The notes under the pieces: model-generated
Database searches by the model: none
What the model saw: the letters and a program-made list of their open reading frames with translations, nothing else
Told to the model about the DNA's origin: nothing
Program-made: the position numbers and the translations under genes
Assembly (NCBI GenBank): GCA_029263295.1
Contig: JAJCXT010000090.1
Coordinates: forward strand, 390 to 64,389
Length of the DNA: 64,000 nucleotides
Reading direction: 5' to 3'
Origin: Acidobacteriota bacterium
GTDB taxonomy: Bacteria; Acidobacteriota; UBA890; WLXD01
Shown: piece after piece, positions 26,420 through 34,267 of the stretch
Position numbering within the stretch: position 1 is the stretch's first letter
Layout of the letters: every line of letters starts with the position of its first letter

Positions 26420-27489
26420 TGGCCGATGACGAGCGCCCGGATCTCGACGCCGGGATGGTCTGTCCGATCCCGATCAGCGACTACCCCACCGTGCAACTGG
26501 CTCACGGTGGCGGCGGGCGGCTGAGCCAGATGCTGATCGACGACATGTTTGTCGCGGCGTTCGACAACCCAACGCTGGCGCAGTTGCACGACGGTGCGAT
26601 CCTCGGTATCAAGGCCGACCGGCTGGCGTTCTCGACCGACTCGTACGTCGTACACCCCCTCTTCTTCCCAGGCGGTGACATCGGCTCGCTCGCCATTCAC
26701 GGGACCGTCAACGACGTCGCCATGTGCGGCGCGCGACCGATTGCCATCTCGGCAGGGTTCATCATCGAGGAAGGGCTGCCGATGGCGGATCTCTGGCGCA
26801 TCGTCCAGTCCATGCGCAACGCCGCGAATCAGGCCGGCGTTCCCGTGGTCACCGGCGACACCAAGGTCGTGGATCGCGGCAAGGGCGACGGCATTTACAT
26901 CAACACGACCGGAATCGGGGTGATCGACAGAGGTATCGAGATTTCGCCGCAGAGGGCACGACCCGGGGATCTGGTACTGCTCAGTGGCGCGATCGCGGTG
27001 CACGGCATCACCATCATGTCGGTGCGTGAAGGCCTCGAATTCGAGACCAGGCTGGAGAGCGACTCGGCCGCCCTGCACACACTGACAGCCGCCGTGTTGG
27101 AGCGCGGCGGGCACGACGTTCACGTGCTGCGCGACCCCACCCGCGGCGGCGTGGCGAGCGCCCTCAACGAGATCGCGGGCCAGGCCGGCGTCGGCATCAA
27201 GATCGACGAGGAGCCGATCCCGATCGACGAGGAAGTGCGGGGCGCCTGCGAGATCCTCGGCTTCGACCCCCTGTATGTCGCCAACGAAGGCAAGTGCATC
27301 GCCATCGTCGCTCGCGAGTCGGCAGATGAGTTGCTGCAGACGATGCGCGGTCATCCGCTCGGCGCCCGCGCGGCGATCGTGGGTGAGGTGGTCGAGGAGC
27401 ACCCCGGCAAGGTCTTCCTGCGCAGTCGCATCGGCGGACTGCGAGTGGTGGACATGCTCAGCGGCGAACAGCTACCCCGCATCTGCTAG
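26419..27489 (+). CDS. hypE: Hydrogenase maturation protein HypE
   Basis: AIR-synthase-like fold motifs are present ([29 protein letters not shown]). The C-terminal PRIC motif is characteristic of HypE. The ATG shares one nt with the hypD TGA. Confidence 0.95.
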   Translation: MADDERPDLDAGMVCPIPISDYPTVQLAHGGGGRLSQMLIDDMFVAAFDNPTLAQLHDGAILGIKADRLAFSTDSYVVHPLFFPGGDIGSLAIHGTVNDVAMCGARPIAISAGFIIEEGLPMADLWRIVQSMRNAANQAGVPVVTGDTKVVDRGKGDGIYINTTGIGVIDRGIEISPQRARPGDLVLLSGAIAVHGITIMSVREGLEFETRLESDSAALHTLTAAVLERGGHDVHVLRDPTRGGVASALNEIAGQAGVGIKIDEEPIPIDEEVRGACEILGFDPLYVANEGKCIAIVARESADELLQTMRGHPLGARAAIVGEVVEEHPGKVFLRSRIGGLRVVDMLSGEQLPRIC

Positions 27490-27507
27490 CGGCTCCGTGG
27501 TCGGCGG

Positions 27508-28221
27508 CTAGAGTCCGAGCCGCAGCGCCAGACCGCAGGCCACCAGCGCCAGGCCTGCCAGGGCGTGCCCGTAGCGTTCGAGTCGGCCGTGCCCGACCTT
27601 CGTCAAGCCGACGATACCGAGCCATGTGGCCATCAGCATCGTTGCCAGAGTAGCTACCGCGAAGATCGCCGTGACGGCGGCTACTCCCCACCAACTGGAC
27701 CTGGAAGCCGGGATCATCAGCAGCGGTACCAGCGGCTCGCAGGGCCCCAACACGAAGATGACGAAGAGCGCCCACCTGGTTGATGAGGTGCGCTTGGCGC
27801 CGGCCGCGTGCACGTGAGCATGGTCGCCGTGATGAGTGTGCGCGTGCGCGTGGACCTCACCGTCGCCGTGCGCATGCCAGTGGCTGTGCGGCCGAGCCCG
27901 CGCGGCCTGCCGAATTCCCCACGCTGTGTAGGCAACGCCGAAGCCGAGTAGCAGCCAGCCCGCCAGTTCGCCGCGCGCGCTCTCGAACCACGCCAGCGAA
28001 GTCGCCGCCCAACCCAGCGAGATGCCGGCGATCCCGAGTAGCACCGATCCCGATACGTGACCGAGTCCGCACAACGCGGTCACGCCAAGAGTCCGTCGGA
28101 GACTCCAGTTGCGGGCTCGGGCCAGGACCAGGAACGGAACGTAGTGATCCGGGCCGAGGAGGGTGTGGACGATGCCGACGGCGGCTGCGGTCAGCGCCAG
28201 GATGACCAGCTCGTCGGGCAC
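27508..28221 (-). CDS. Putative nickel/cobalt transporter with His-rich loop (NicO/UreH-like)
   Basis: GGAGGAG SD precedes the GTG start, 15 nt after hypB. It has about 6 TM segments. HTLLGPDH lies in TM1. The central loop is PHSHWHAHGDGEVHAHAHTHHGDHAHVHAAG. Confidence 0.6.
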   Translation of the reverse strand: MPDELVILALTAAAVGIVHTLLGPDHYVPFLVLARARNWSLRRTLGVTALCGLGHVSGSVLLGIAGISLGWAATSLAWFESARGELAGWLLLGFGVAYTAWGIRQAARARPHSHWHAHGDGEVHAHAHTHHGDHAHVHAAGAKRTSSTRWALFVIFVLGPCEPLVPLLMIPASRSSWWGVAAVTAIFAVATLATMLMATWLGIVGLTKVGHGRLERYGHALAGLALVACGLALRLGL

Positions 28222-28236
28222 CGCGTTCTCCTCCGG

Positions 28237-28995
28237 TTACACCTTCATGTGACCGCCCGCCACTATCGGCGGGCCGATGGCAGCGACGCGAAGCGCGCTG
28301 AGGCGCTCGGTCTCGAGACGCTGAGCCTCGAGCCATTCGATCCACGCACCCATACCTTCTCCTGTGAGGGCGGACACCGGGATCATCGCAGCCTCCGGCA
28401 TCGTCTCGGCCAGAGCCGCCGCGATCCGCTCGACGCTGATCCCCGGCAGATGCGGCAGCAGGTCGACCTTCGTGAGCAGCACCAGGTCTGCCTTGCTGAA
28501 CATCACCGGATACTTGAGCGGCTTGTCCTCGCCCTCGGTTACCGCGAGCGCGACCACGTTTGCCTGTTGGCCCAGGTCGTAGACCGCCGGGCATACGAGA
28601 TTGCCGACGTTCTCGATAAAAAGCAGGTCGCTCTCGTCCCACGGGGCATGGTGCAGGGCATGGTGAACCATCTTGGCATCCAGATGGCAGGCCGAGCCAG
28701 TGGTGATCGATAACGACGGGATCCCCGCGGCGCGCAGGCGTTCGGCGTCATTGTCGGTCGCCAGGTCACCGCTCAAGGCGGTCAGTCGATGCTCGCCACC
28801 GAGCGCCACCGCGGTTGCCTCCAGCAGCGCGGTCTTTCCCGAACCCGGCGAGCCCATGAGATTGATCGCGAGAACCCTGTCGCGAACGAAGTGCTCACGG
28901 TTGTGCTCGGCCTGGTGATCGTTCACCGCCAGGATCGATTCCTGAATCTCGATCGGGACGATGTCGGGGTCGCCGCAGCCGCAGGTCTCACACAT
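28237..28995 (-). CDS. hypB: Nickel-inserting GTPase HypB
   Basis: N-terminal metal site is MCETCGCG. P-loop is GSPGSGKT. ENVGNLVCPA and TKVDLL are present. The ATG shares one nt with the hypA TGA. Confidence 0.95.
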   Translation of the reverse strand: MCETCGCGDPDIVPIEIQESILAVNDHQAEHNREHFVRDRVLAINLMGSPGSGKTALLEATAVALGGEHRLTALSGDLATDNDAERLRAAGIPSLSITTGSACHLDAKMVHHALHHAPWDESDLLFIENVGNLVCPAVYDLGQQANVVALAVTEGEDKPLKYPVMFSKADLVLLTKVDLLPHLPGISVERIAAALAETMPEAAMIPVSALTGEGMGAWIEWLEAQRLETERLSALRVAAIGPPIVAGGHMKV

Positions 28996-29336
28996 CACGG
29001 AACTTCCATCTCGACGCGCTCGAGCAGGATCTCCGAGCCCTTGGCCAGACGCGCCGTCGCCCCGCAATTCGGACAGCTCAGGCGTTCGCCGCGGGCAACG
29101 ATCCGATTACACATTGCACAGCGCCACTGCGCCTCTACCGCGGTGATCTCGAGCTCGGCCTCCGCGCTGACCGTGCTGCCACGGACCATCAAGAACGCCT
29201 CGTGCAGCAGCCCCGTCTCGACGCCGGAGAGCTCACCGATCTGCACACGAATCCTATGTACCGCGGTGGCGCCATGCAGACGCACGGCGTCATCGACGCG
29301 GTCAAGTAGTGCGCTGACGATCGAATACTCGTGCAT
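28995..29336 (-). CDS. hypA: Nickel metallochaperone HypA
   Basis: The MHEYSI N-terminus is present. Zinc site motifs are CAMCN...CPNCG. The product is 113 aa. Confidence 0.95.
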   Translation of the reverse strand: MHEYSIVSALLDRVDDAVRLHGATAVHRIRVQIGELSGVETGLLHEAFLMVRGSTVSAEAELEITAVEAQWRCAMCNRIVARGERLSCPNCGATARLAKGSEILLERVEMEVP

Positions 29337-29431
29337 TCCCGCCTCGCCTTAATTCGGACTCAAGTGTCCAGAATACACGCGTCGAGGAGCCTGCACCAGC
29401 GTCCCCCCGAGGACTCGTCGGGGCCCCTTTT

Positions 29432-29752
29432 CTAGCTGGCAGGGCTCAGCGAGCCGAGCAGATTGATGCGGTAGGCGTCGAAGGCCTCGCGTCCCGCGGT
29501 AGTCAGGCGATAGGTGGTGCGTGGAACGCGCTCGACGAAAGCCTTGTCCACCTCAACGTAGCCGGCCTTCTCCAGCTTGGCGATGTGCGACGACATGTTG
29601 CCGCGCGTCAGGCCTGTCTGGTCGAGCAGGAACAGGAAGTCGGCCTCCTCGACCACGGCGAGGTACGAGACGATGGCTAGCCTCCCGGGCTCGTGGATGA
29701 CCTTGTCGAGTCCGGCTAGACGCCGGAGATCCTCGGGGTCAGGCCGGTTCAT
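29432..29752 (-). CDS. Winged-helix transcriptional regulator (HTH_34 / ArsR-MarR-like)
   Basis: VIHEPGRLAIVSYLAVVEEADFLFLLDQTGLTRGNMSSHIAKLEKAGYVEVDK is present. ATGA overlap with the upstream membrane-protein gene. Confidence 0.8.
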   Translation of the reverse strand: MNRPDPEDLRRLAGLDKVIHEPGRLAIVSYLAVVEEADFLFLLDQTGLTRGNMSSHIAKLEKAGYVEVDKAFVERVPRTTYRLTTAGREAFDAYRINLLGSLSPAS

Positions 29753-30366
29753 TCGGCGCGGCCCGCGTCGCGAACCGGATGGGTCCGCACGAAGTTGAAG
29801 AAGGTCAAGGTACCCACCACAAGGCAGAGCACGCCGAAGCCCACGGCCCAGCGCTGCATCCCGAGATTGCCGGGAGCGGCGAGCCAGATCGCGCAGGTCA
29901 CACCCCAGGCCACAGCGACAGCGGCCAGGATCCAGTGCCGCGCGAGGCCGGCTTTCTGGGCCACGTAGATGAAGCCACCAGCGGTGTAGCCTCCGGCGAG
30001 AGCGGGGAACCAGCGCCTCCACTGCGCGAAACTCGTGATGTCACCCAGCAGCCACATGCCCGCGACGAAGATCGCGAGAAGCACCAGCACGTAGGTGAGC
30101 ATGCCGCGACCGAACTCGGCCCCCTCCTCGCTACGTAGCTTGACGTAGCCGACCCGTGGGTAGGCATAGCGTTCCTTGAGCGCCTTGTGCGCAACGCGCA
30201 TCGGGAAGACCGACAACGCCAACATCCACATCATCCGCGGATCGCCCACGGCAATCGCGACGATAAGAAAGAGAACACCAGCGAGTAGCTCGACGATGCC
30301 GTCCTGGGCGTCATAGCGCCAGGCGCGCCGCTCGAGATCGGTCAGGGCCGCTTGGGGGGCAGACAT
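29749..30366 (-). CDS. Polytopic membrane protein of unknown function, coupled to the HTH_34 regulator
   Basis: AAGGAG SD precedes ATG 30366. It has five to six hydrophobic segments. No motif was recognised. Confidence 0.65.
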   Translation of the reverse strand: MSAPQAALTDLERRAWRYDAQDGIVELLAGVLFLIVAIAVGDPRMMWMLALSVFPMRVAHKALKERYAYPRVGYVKLRSEEGAEFGRGMLTYVLVLLAIFVAGMWLLGDITSFAQWRRWFPALAGGYTAGGFIYVAQKAGLARHWILAAVAVAWGVTCAIWLAAPGNLGMQRWAVGFGVLCLVVGTLTFFNFVRTHPVRDAGRAE

Positions 30367-30436
30367 TTGGGAACTCCTTGCGGTGGACAACCGCCAGCAC
30401 ATGGGTCTGTATCGACTACCAGTCTGCACTAAGTAT

Positions 30437-30455
30437 TAGTTTGCAGCGCAAACTA
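30437..30455. promoter_or_regulatory. Perfect 8-bp inverted repeat upstream of the membrane/HTH_34 operon
   Basis: tagtttgc-agc-gcaaacta at 30437-30455, in an AT-rich patch 71-89 nt upstream of ATG 30366. Confidence 0.3.
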
Positions 30456-30531
30456 GTCAAGTAAGAGAATCCCCAAAAGCACATCTGCCCGAGTCCCGGA
30501 GCCGCTCACAAATGCGAGCGGCAAGTCCGAC

Positions 30532-30744
30532 CTATTCCTGCAGCTGGAATATCTCGTCCACGCTCTGCTCGAAGGTCCTGGCAACTCGCAGGGCCAGCGC
30601 CAGCGATGGCGCGTATCGACCTTGCTCGAGCAGGACGATGGTCTGGCGCGAGCAACCGACGCGATCGGCGAGCTGCTGCTGCGTCATCTCGTCGTGCTCG
30701 AAGCGCAGCTTGCGGATGCTGTTTTGAATCTCAGCTTTCGCCAA
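30532..30744 (-). CDS. XRE-family (YozG-like) small HTH transcriptional regulator
   Basis: The 70-aa product contains IRKLRFEHDEMTQQQLADRVGCSRQTIVLLEQGRYAPSLALALRVARTFEQSVDEIF. It overlaps the upstream membrane gene by 14 nt. Confidence 0.9.
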   Translation of the reverse strand: MAKAEIQNSIRKLRFEHDEMTQQQLADRVGCSRQTIVLLEQGRYAPSLALALRVARTFEQSVDEIFQLQE

Positions 30745-31327
30745 AACGTGGCCCCATCCAGTAGCCGACCACGATTCCGACCGAGTGCCCGATCAAGCTG
30801 ACCAGGACCACCGTGCCGAAGATCAGGTAGAGGTAAACCGTGGGCACGGCGCCCTGGTCGTGAAAACGAGTCACCAGCGACGTATTCCAGGCAGCCAGGG
30901 TCAGAAGCACCAAGCCGGTCTGCACAGCCGGAGCCTGGGCAAGAACCTGCCGGTCGCGTTCGTCGAACTGGGACTCCTCCGACCACAGCGGACTCACCAT
31001 CGCGGTGAGCAACCCCACGTGAAGCGCCATACCCGCAATGAAGATACCTACGACTGTGAGCCGCAGGTCGTCGTTGTCCCAGTACTCGGCGGCACCGTAC
31101 GTTGTGAGGATCGCGCTGAGGGCCCCGAGGGTGATCAGCCCGACCGCGGTGCTGAGCAGAGCACGCTTCTGCAACTTCGGCATGGGCGCGGCCGCCAACT
31201 CGCTCCGCTCCTCAGCTGTCAGACGGGCTCGTCGGCCCCAGACGCCGTAAGCCGAGTAGAGCGCGATGGCACCCAGAACGGCAACTGCGCCGAGCATCGG
31301 GACCATCCAGCTCGCTGTGGCTTCCAT
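30731..31327 (-). CDS. Four-TM membrane protein (DUF2178-like), coupled to the XRE regulator
   Basis: GGAAGGAG SD precedes ATG 31327. It has four hydrophobic segments. A DERDRQV motif lies between TM2 and TM3, as I recall for DUF2178-type partners of YozG-like regulators. Confidence 0.6.
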   Translation of the reverse strand: MEATASWMVPMLGAVAVLGAIALYSAYGVWGRRARLTAEERSELAAAPMPKLQKRALLSTAVGLITLGALSAILTTYGAAEYWDNDDLRLTVVGIFIAGMALHVGLLTAMVSPLWSEESQFDERDRQVLAQAPAVQTGLVLLTLAAWNTSLVTRFHDQGAVPTVYLYLIFGTVVLVSLIGHSVGIVVGYWMGPRFGES

Positions 31328-31559
31328 CTCCGTGCTCCTTCCAACTCTCCGGCTGGGTCTATTATTTTGTACGTGATGCATGAATTACATTACACCATGT
31401 AGGAAAAACATTCCATTTACTCCACTTTGGTCACCATGCGCAGGGCTCGGACGGCTCCCGCAGCGTCTGCGTGAGTTTCGCGCGACGCGGTTCTCCGCGA
31501 TAATGGAAGATTCGTGTCCTTTTATGAGAACTCGACGAGATTTTAAGGAGAATCGGTTC

Positions 31560-32267
31560 GTGGCCAAGCACTACGTTTCCAACGAAGACACGTCGCTGCG
31601 CATCTTCCGCAACGGCCTGCTGGAGTCACTGAGCCAAGTCTCCTGGTACGTACCTCACTTGCTGTACGTGCCGCTGGTGGCCTACCTGCTGTACCTCAGC
31701 GCGTCGGGCGACCTGGGCGTCGCCGAGCAGGTGCTCGCGTTCGCCGCGGGTGGGTTGATCTGGACGTTCACCGAATACACGATCCACCGCTTCGTCTTCC
31801 ACGCGCCCGAGCACATCGAAGTCGAGGTCCGCGAGACGCTTGCCGCGCTGAAACCTGGTGAGCCGGCCCTGGGAGCGATCCGCGGCTGGCACCATGTCTT
31901 CTACTTCTTCGCGCACGGCGTTCATCACGACTACCCGAGCGATTCGAAACGGCTGGTGATGCCTCCGACTGTCAGTATTCCTCTGGTGGTGTTGTTCTGG
32001 TTCGGCTTCCGCCTCTTGCTCGGTCCGGTCTGGGTGTTCGGCGTGTTCGCCGGTTTCATCGTGGGATACCTCGCCTACGACACCATCCACTACGCGGTGC
32101 ACCATTTCAGCATCCGTAGTCCGGCGATGCTGTACCTGAAGAAGCTCCATTTCCGGCATCATTACGGCGACCCCGGCGCCGACTTTGGCGTGAGTTCGCC
32201 GTTGTGGGACTTCGTGTTCCGAACGACGAGTCCAGCAACCAGCGGCGACTCCGACAGTGCCCACTGA
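31560..32267 (+). CDS. Fatty acid hydroxylase superfamily di-iron membrane enzyme (FA2H/sterol-desaturase-like)
   Basis: His boxes are HRFVFH, HGVHHDYP, HYAVHH and FRHHY. The GTG 31560 start is preferred because the AAGGAG SD at 31545-31550 lies 9 nt upstream. In-frame ATGs at 31503 and 31524 are alternatives. Confidence 0.8.
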   Translation: MAKHYVSNEDTSLRIFRNGLLESLSQVSWYVPHLLYVPLVAYLLYLSASGDLGVAEQVLAFAAGGLIWTFTEYTIHRFVFHAPEHIEVEVRETLAALKPGEPALGAIRGWHHVFYFFAHGVHHDYPSDSKRLVMPPTVSIPLVVLFWFGFRLLLGPVWVFGVFAGFIVGYLAYDTIHYAVHHFSIRSPAMLYLKKLHFRHHYGDPGADFGVSSPLWDFVFRTTSPATSGDSDSAH

Positions 32268-33618
32268 CTCTGGCAGCCACGAGGCCACCGAGGCCGGACC
32301 CAGCGCGAGTCGGCCACTGTTGGTCGACGCTGACCTGCTAGGTAGCTACTTCGTCTCCGCGTACCCGCCGTTCTCGCAGTGGAGCACTGAGGAACTGCCG
32401 GCGTATCGTTCGGCGCTCGCAGCGCCACGCGCCGGCCGCGCCACGCCATTTGGGCTCTATGTGCACGTGCCCTTCTGCGTCGAACGTTGTCAGTATTGCT
32501 ACTACCTGGCAGTCGACGGCGCCCCGCAGGATCTGGTTGCCTCCTATCTCGACGCTGTTCTTGCCGAAGCTGACCTCTACGCAAGATCGCCGGCTCTCAG
32601 CGAGCGCCGCGTCGGCTTCGCCTACTTCGGTGGCGGCACACCGTCATTGCTTACCGCTGACCAGATCGAATCGCTGTTCACCGGGCTGCGACAGCGTTGC
32701 GACTGGAGTGAGATCGGGGAGATCAGTTTCGAGTGCGCCCCCCGCACAGCCACCCAGAAGAGGCTGGATGCGCTTCACGCCGCCGGGGTGAACCGCCTGA
32801 GCATGGGTGTGCAGCAGCTCGATGACCACGTTCTCGAACAGAACGGCAGGGTGCACCGGGTCGAAGATGTCGAGCGCGCGTGGAAGCGCATCCGCGACAC
32901 GGGCTTCGACACCGTCAACCTCGACCTGATGGTGGGCATGCACGGCGAGACCGAGACCAGCTTCTTCGACAGCCTCGAGCGGATCATGGAGATGGCTCCT
33001 GATAGCGTCACTCTGTATCAACTCGAGATCCCACTGAACACGCCGCTATCGCGCGAGGTTCGCGGCGGCCAGGTGGACCAGCTAGCTTCCTGGGACACCA
33101 AACACGACCGTCTCGCGGCCGCATTTGAACGCCTCGAGTCCAACGGCTATACGGTTCGCAGCGGCTACACGGCGGTGCGCGACCCGAGCCGCCATGGATT
33201 CCAGTACCAGGACGCTCAATACAACGGCGCCGATCTGGCAGGTCTCGGCGTCGCCTCCTTCTCGTATCTGGACGGCGTGCATCATCAGAACCTCGCCACC
33301 GTGCCCGGCTATCTGCAGGCGCATCGCGAGGGCCAACTGCCGCTCGGGCGGGCACACCGCCTCTCGCGGGAAGAACAACTCGTCCGCGAGATGATCCTGC
33401 AGTTGAAGCTCGGGTCGGTCGACCTGACCCGCCTGGAACGCAAGTTCGGCCTCGTTCCGGAAGAGGCGTTCGCCGAACCGCTGCGACAGCTCGAGACTGA
33501 GGGATGGCTCCAAGTTGCCGACCGCAAGGTCGAGCTGACCCGCGCGGGACTCGTCCGCGTCGATGGCCTACTGCCGCGCTTCTACCCACAGCGCCACCAG
33601 GACGTGCGCTACTCGTAG
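32257..33618 (+). CDS. HemN-like radical SAM enzyme (oxygen-independent coproporphyrinogen oxidase family)
   Basis: Radical SAM motif is YVHVPFCVERCQYCYY (CxxxCxxC). FGGGTPSLL and a HemN C-terminal-like region are present. The GTG start overlaps the preceding gene by 11 nt. Confidence 0.8.
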   Translation: MPTDSGSHEATEAGPSASRPLLVDADLLGSYFVSAYPPFSQWSTEELPAYRSALAAPRAGRATPFGLYVHVPFCVERCQYCYYLAVDGAPQDLVASYLDAVLAEADLYARSPALSERRVGFAYFGGGTPSLLTADQIESLFTGLRQRCDWSEIGEISFECAPRTATQKRLDALHAAGVNRLSMGVQQLDDHVLEQNGRVHRVEDVERAWKRIRDTGFDTVNLDLMVGMHGETETSFFDSLERIMEMAPDSVTLYQLEIPLNTPLSREVRGGQVDQLASWDTKHDRLAAAFERLESNGYTVRSGYTAVRDPSRHGFQYQDAQYNGADLAGLGVASFSYLDGVHHQNLATVPGYLQAHREGQLPLGRAHRLSREEQLVREMILQLKLGSVDLTRLERKFGLVPEEAFAEPLRQLETEGWLQVADRKVELTRAGLVRVDGLLPRFYPQRHQDVRYS

Positions 33619-34085
33619 CCCGCGGCCGGCTCCGCACCGCCCCGCTCTCGAGGCGCTCGATCTCGGCGAGCCTTGGCCACCAACCCGTGCCGTCTCGCGC
33701 CGACCCAGAACCGTTCGAGCCGTACTGCCAGGTCGACGAGCACCCTCGCCCCTTCCGGCGTGAGCACGTAAATCTTGCGGGGCCACCCGCCTGCTCCCCG
33801 CCGCGGCAACTCAGTCCGAACGGTGAGCCAGCCCTTCTTGCCCGCGCTATCCAGGGTGACGTACACCGAGGCGAGCCGGAGGCGCCGAGCCGTACGGGCA
33901 ACGATGATGTCGTACACGCTCCGCGCCTCTACTTCCTTGCCCCATCCGGCAACCGCCATGAGGACCATGAACTCCAGCGTCCCGGGCGGCGGGGGGTCGA
34001 CGGCGATTCCGGATGGGCTCGATCGAGTCCGCGCGTCTTTCCTGCCGCCAACACAGCCGGATGGCCCATCGCCCCCCTGTCGCAT
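33609..34085 (-). CDS. PadR-family transcriptional regulator (same subfamily as the two ADOP-linked PadRs) with low-complexity N-terminal extension
   Basis: LEFMVLMAVAGWGKEVEARSVYDIIVARTARRLRLASVYVTLDSAGKKGWL...KIYVLTPEG aligns by eye with the PadRs at 42240 and 48834. GGAGG SD precedes ATG 34085. Confidence 0.75.
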   Translation of the reverse strand: MRQGGDGPSGCVGGRKDARTRSSPSGIAVDPPPPGTLEFMVLMAVAGWGKEVEARSVYDIIVARTARRLRLASVYVTLDSAGKKGWLTVRTELPRRGAGGWPRKIYVLTPEGARVLVDLAVRLERFWVGARRHGLVAKARRDRAPRERGGAEPAAGYE

Positions 34086-34097
34086 CTACACCTCCCC

Positions 34098-34126
34098 ACC
34101 CCAAGTTAACTAAGTCAACTTGGGGT
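34098..34126. promoter_or_regulatory. 13-bp-arm imperfect palindrome immediately upstream of the PadR start
   Basis: accccaagttaac-taa-gtcaacttggggt has one mismatch. It includes a perfect 10-bp outer repeat (34098-34107 and 34117-34126). It lies 13 nt from ATG 34085 and abuts the SD. Confidence 0.35.
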
Positions 34127-34267
34127 TTCGATGGGTATAGATGTCCACTGCGGCGGCCATTCCGCCCACTTGGCCCGCCGGACGGACGAAAAGGACTGGG
34201 GCGATCGCATGCGGTGAACTGGCGGGAGAGCCAACCTGGAGACTGCGTCGATCCGTGGCGGGAGAGG

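Noticed and set aside
26419-27489. Possibility that this AIR-synthase-fold protein is SelD (selenophosphate synthetase), which would support the Sec hypothesis
   Set aside because: It ends in the HypE-specific PRIC motif. It lacks an N-terminal Cys/Sec-Gly-rich SelD loop. It sits in hypFCDE with overlapping junctions. It is HypE.
29405-29431. Hairpin ccccga-ggactcg-tcgggg followed by CCCCTTTT, as a terminator between the HTH_34 gene and hypA
   Set aside because: The T-run is on the plus strand, where no transcript arrives. On the minus strand the hairpin is followed by GGAC... with no U-tract. It is not a convincing intrinsic terminator for the genes actually present.
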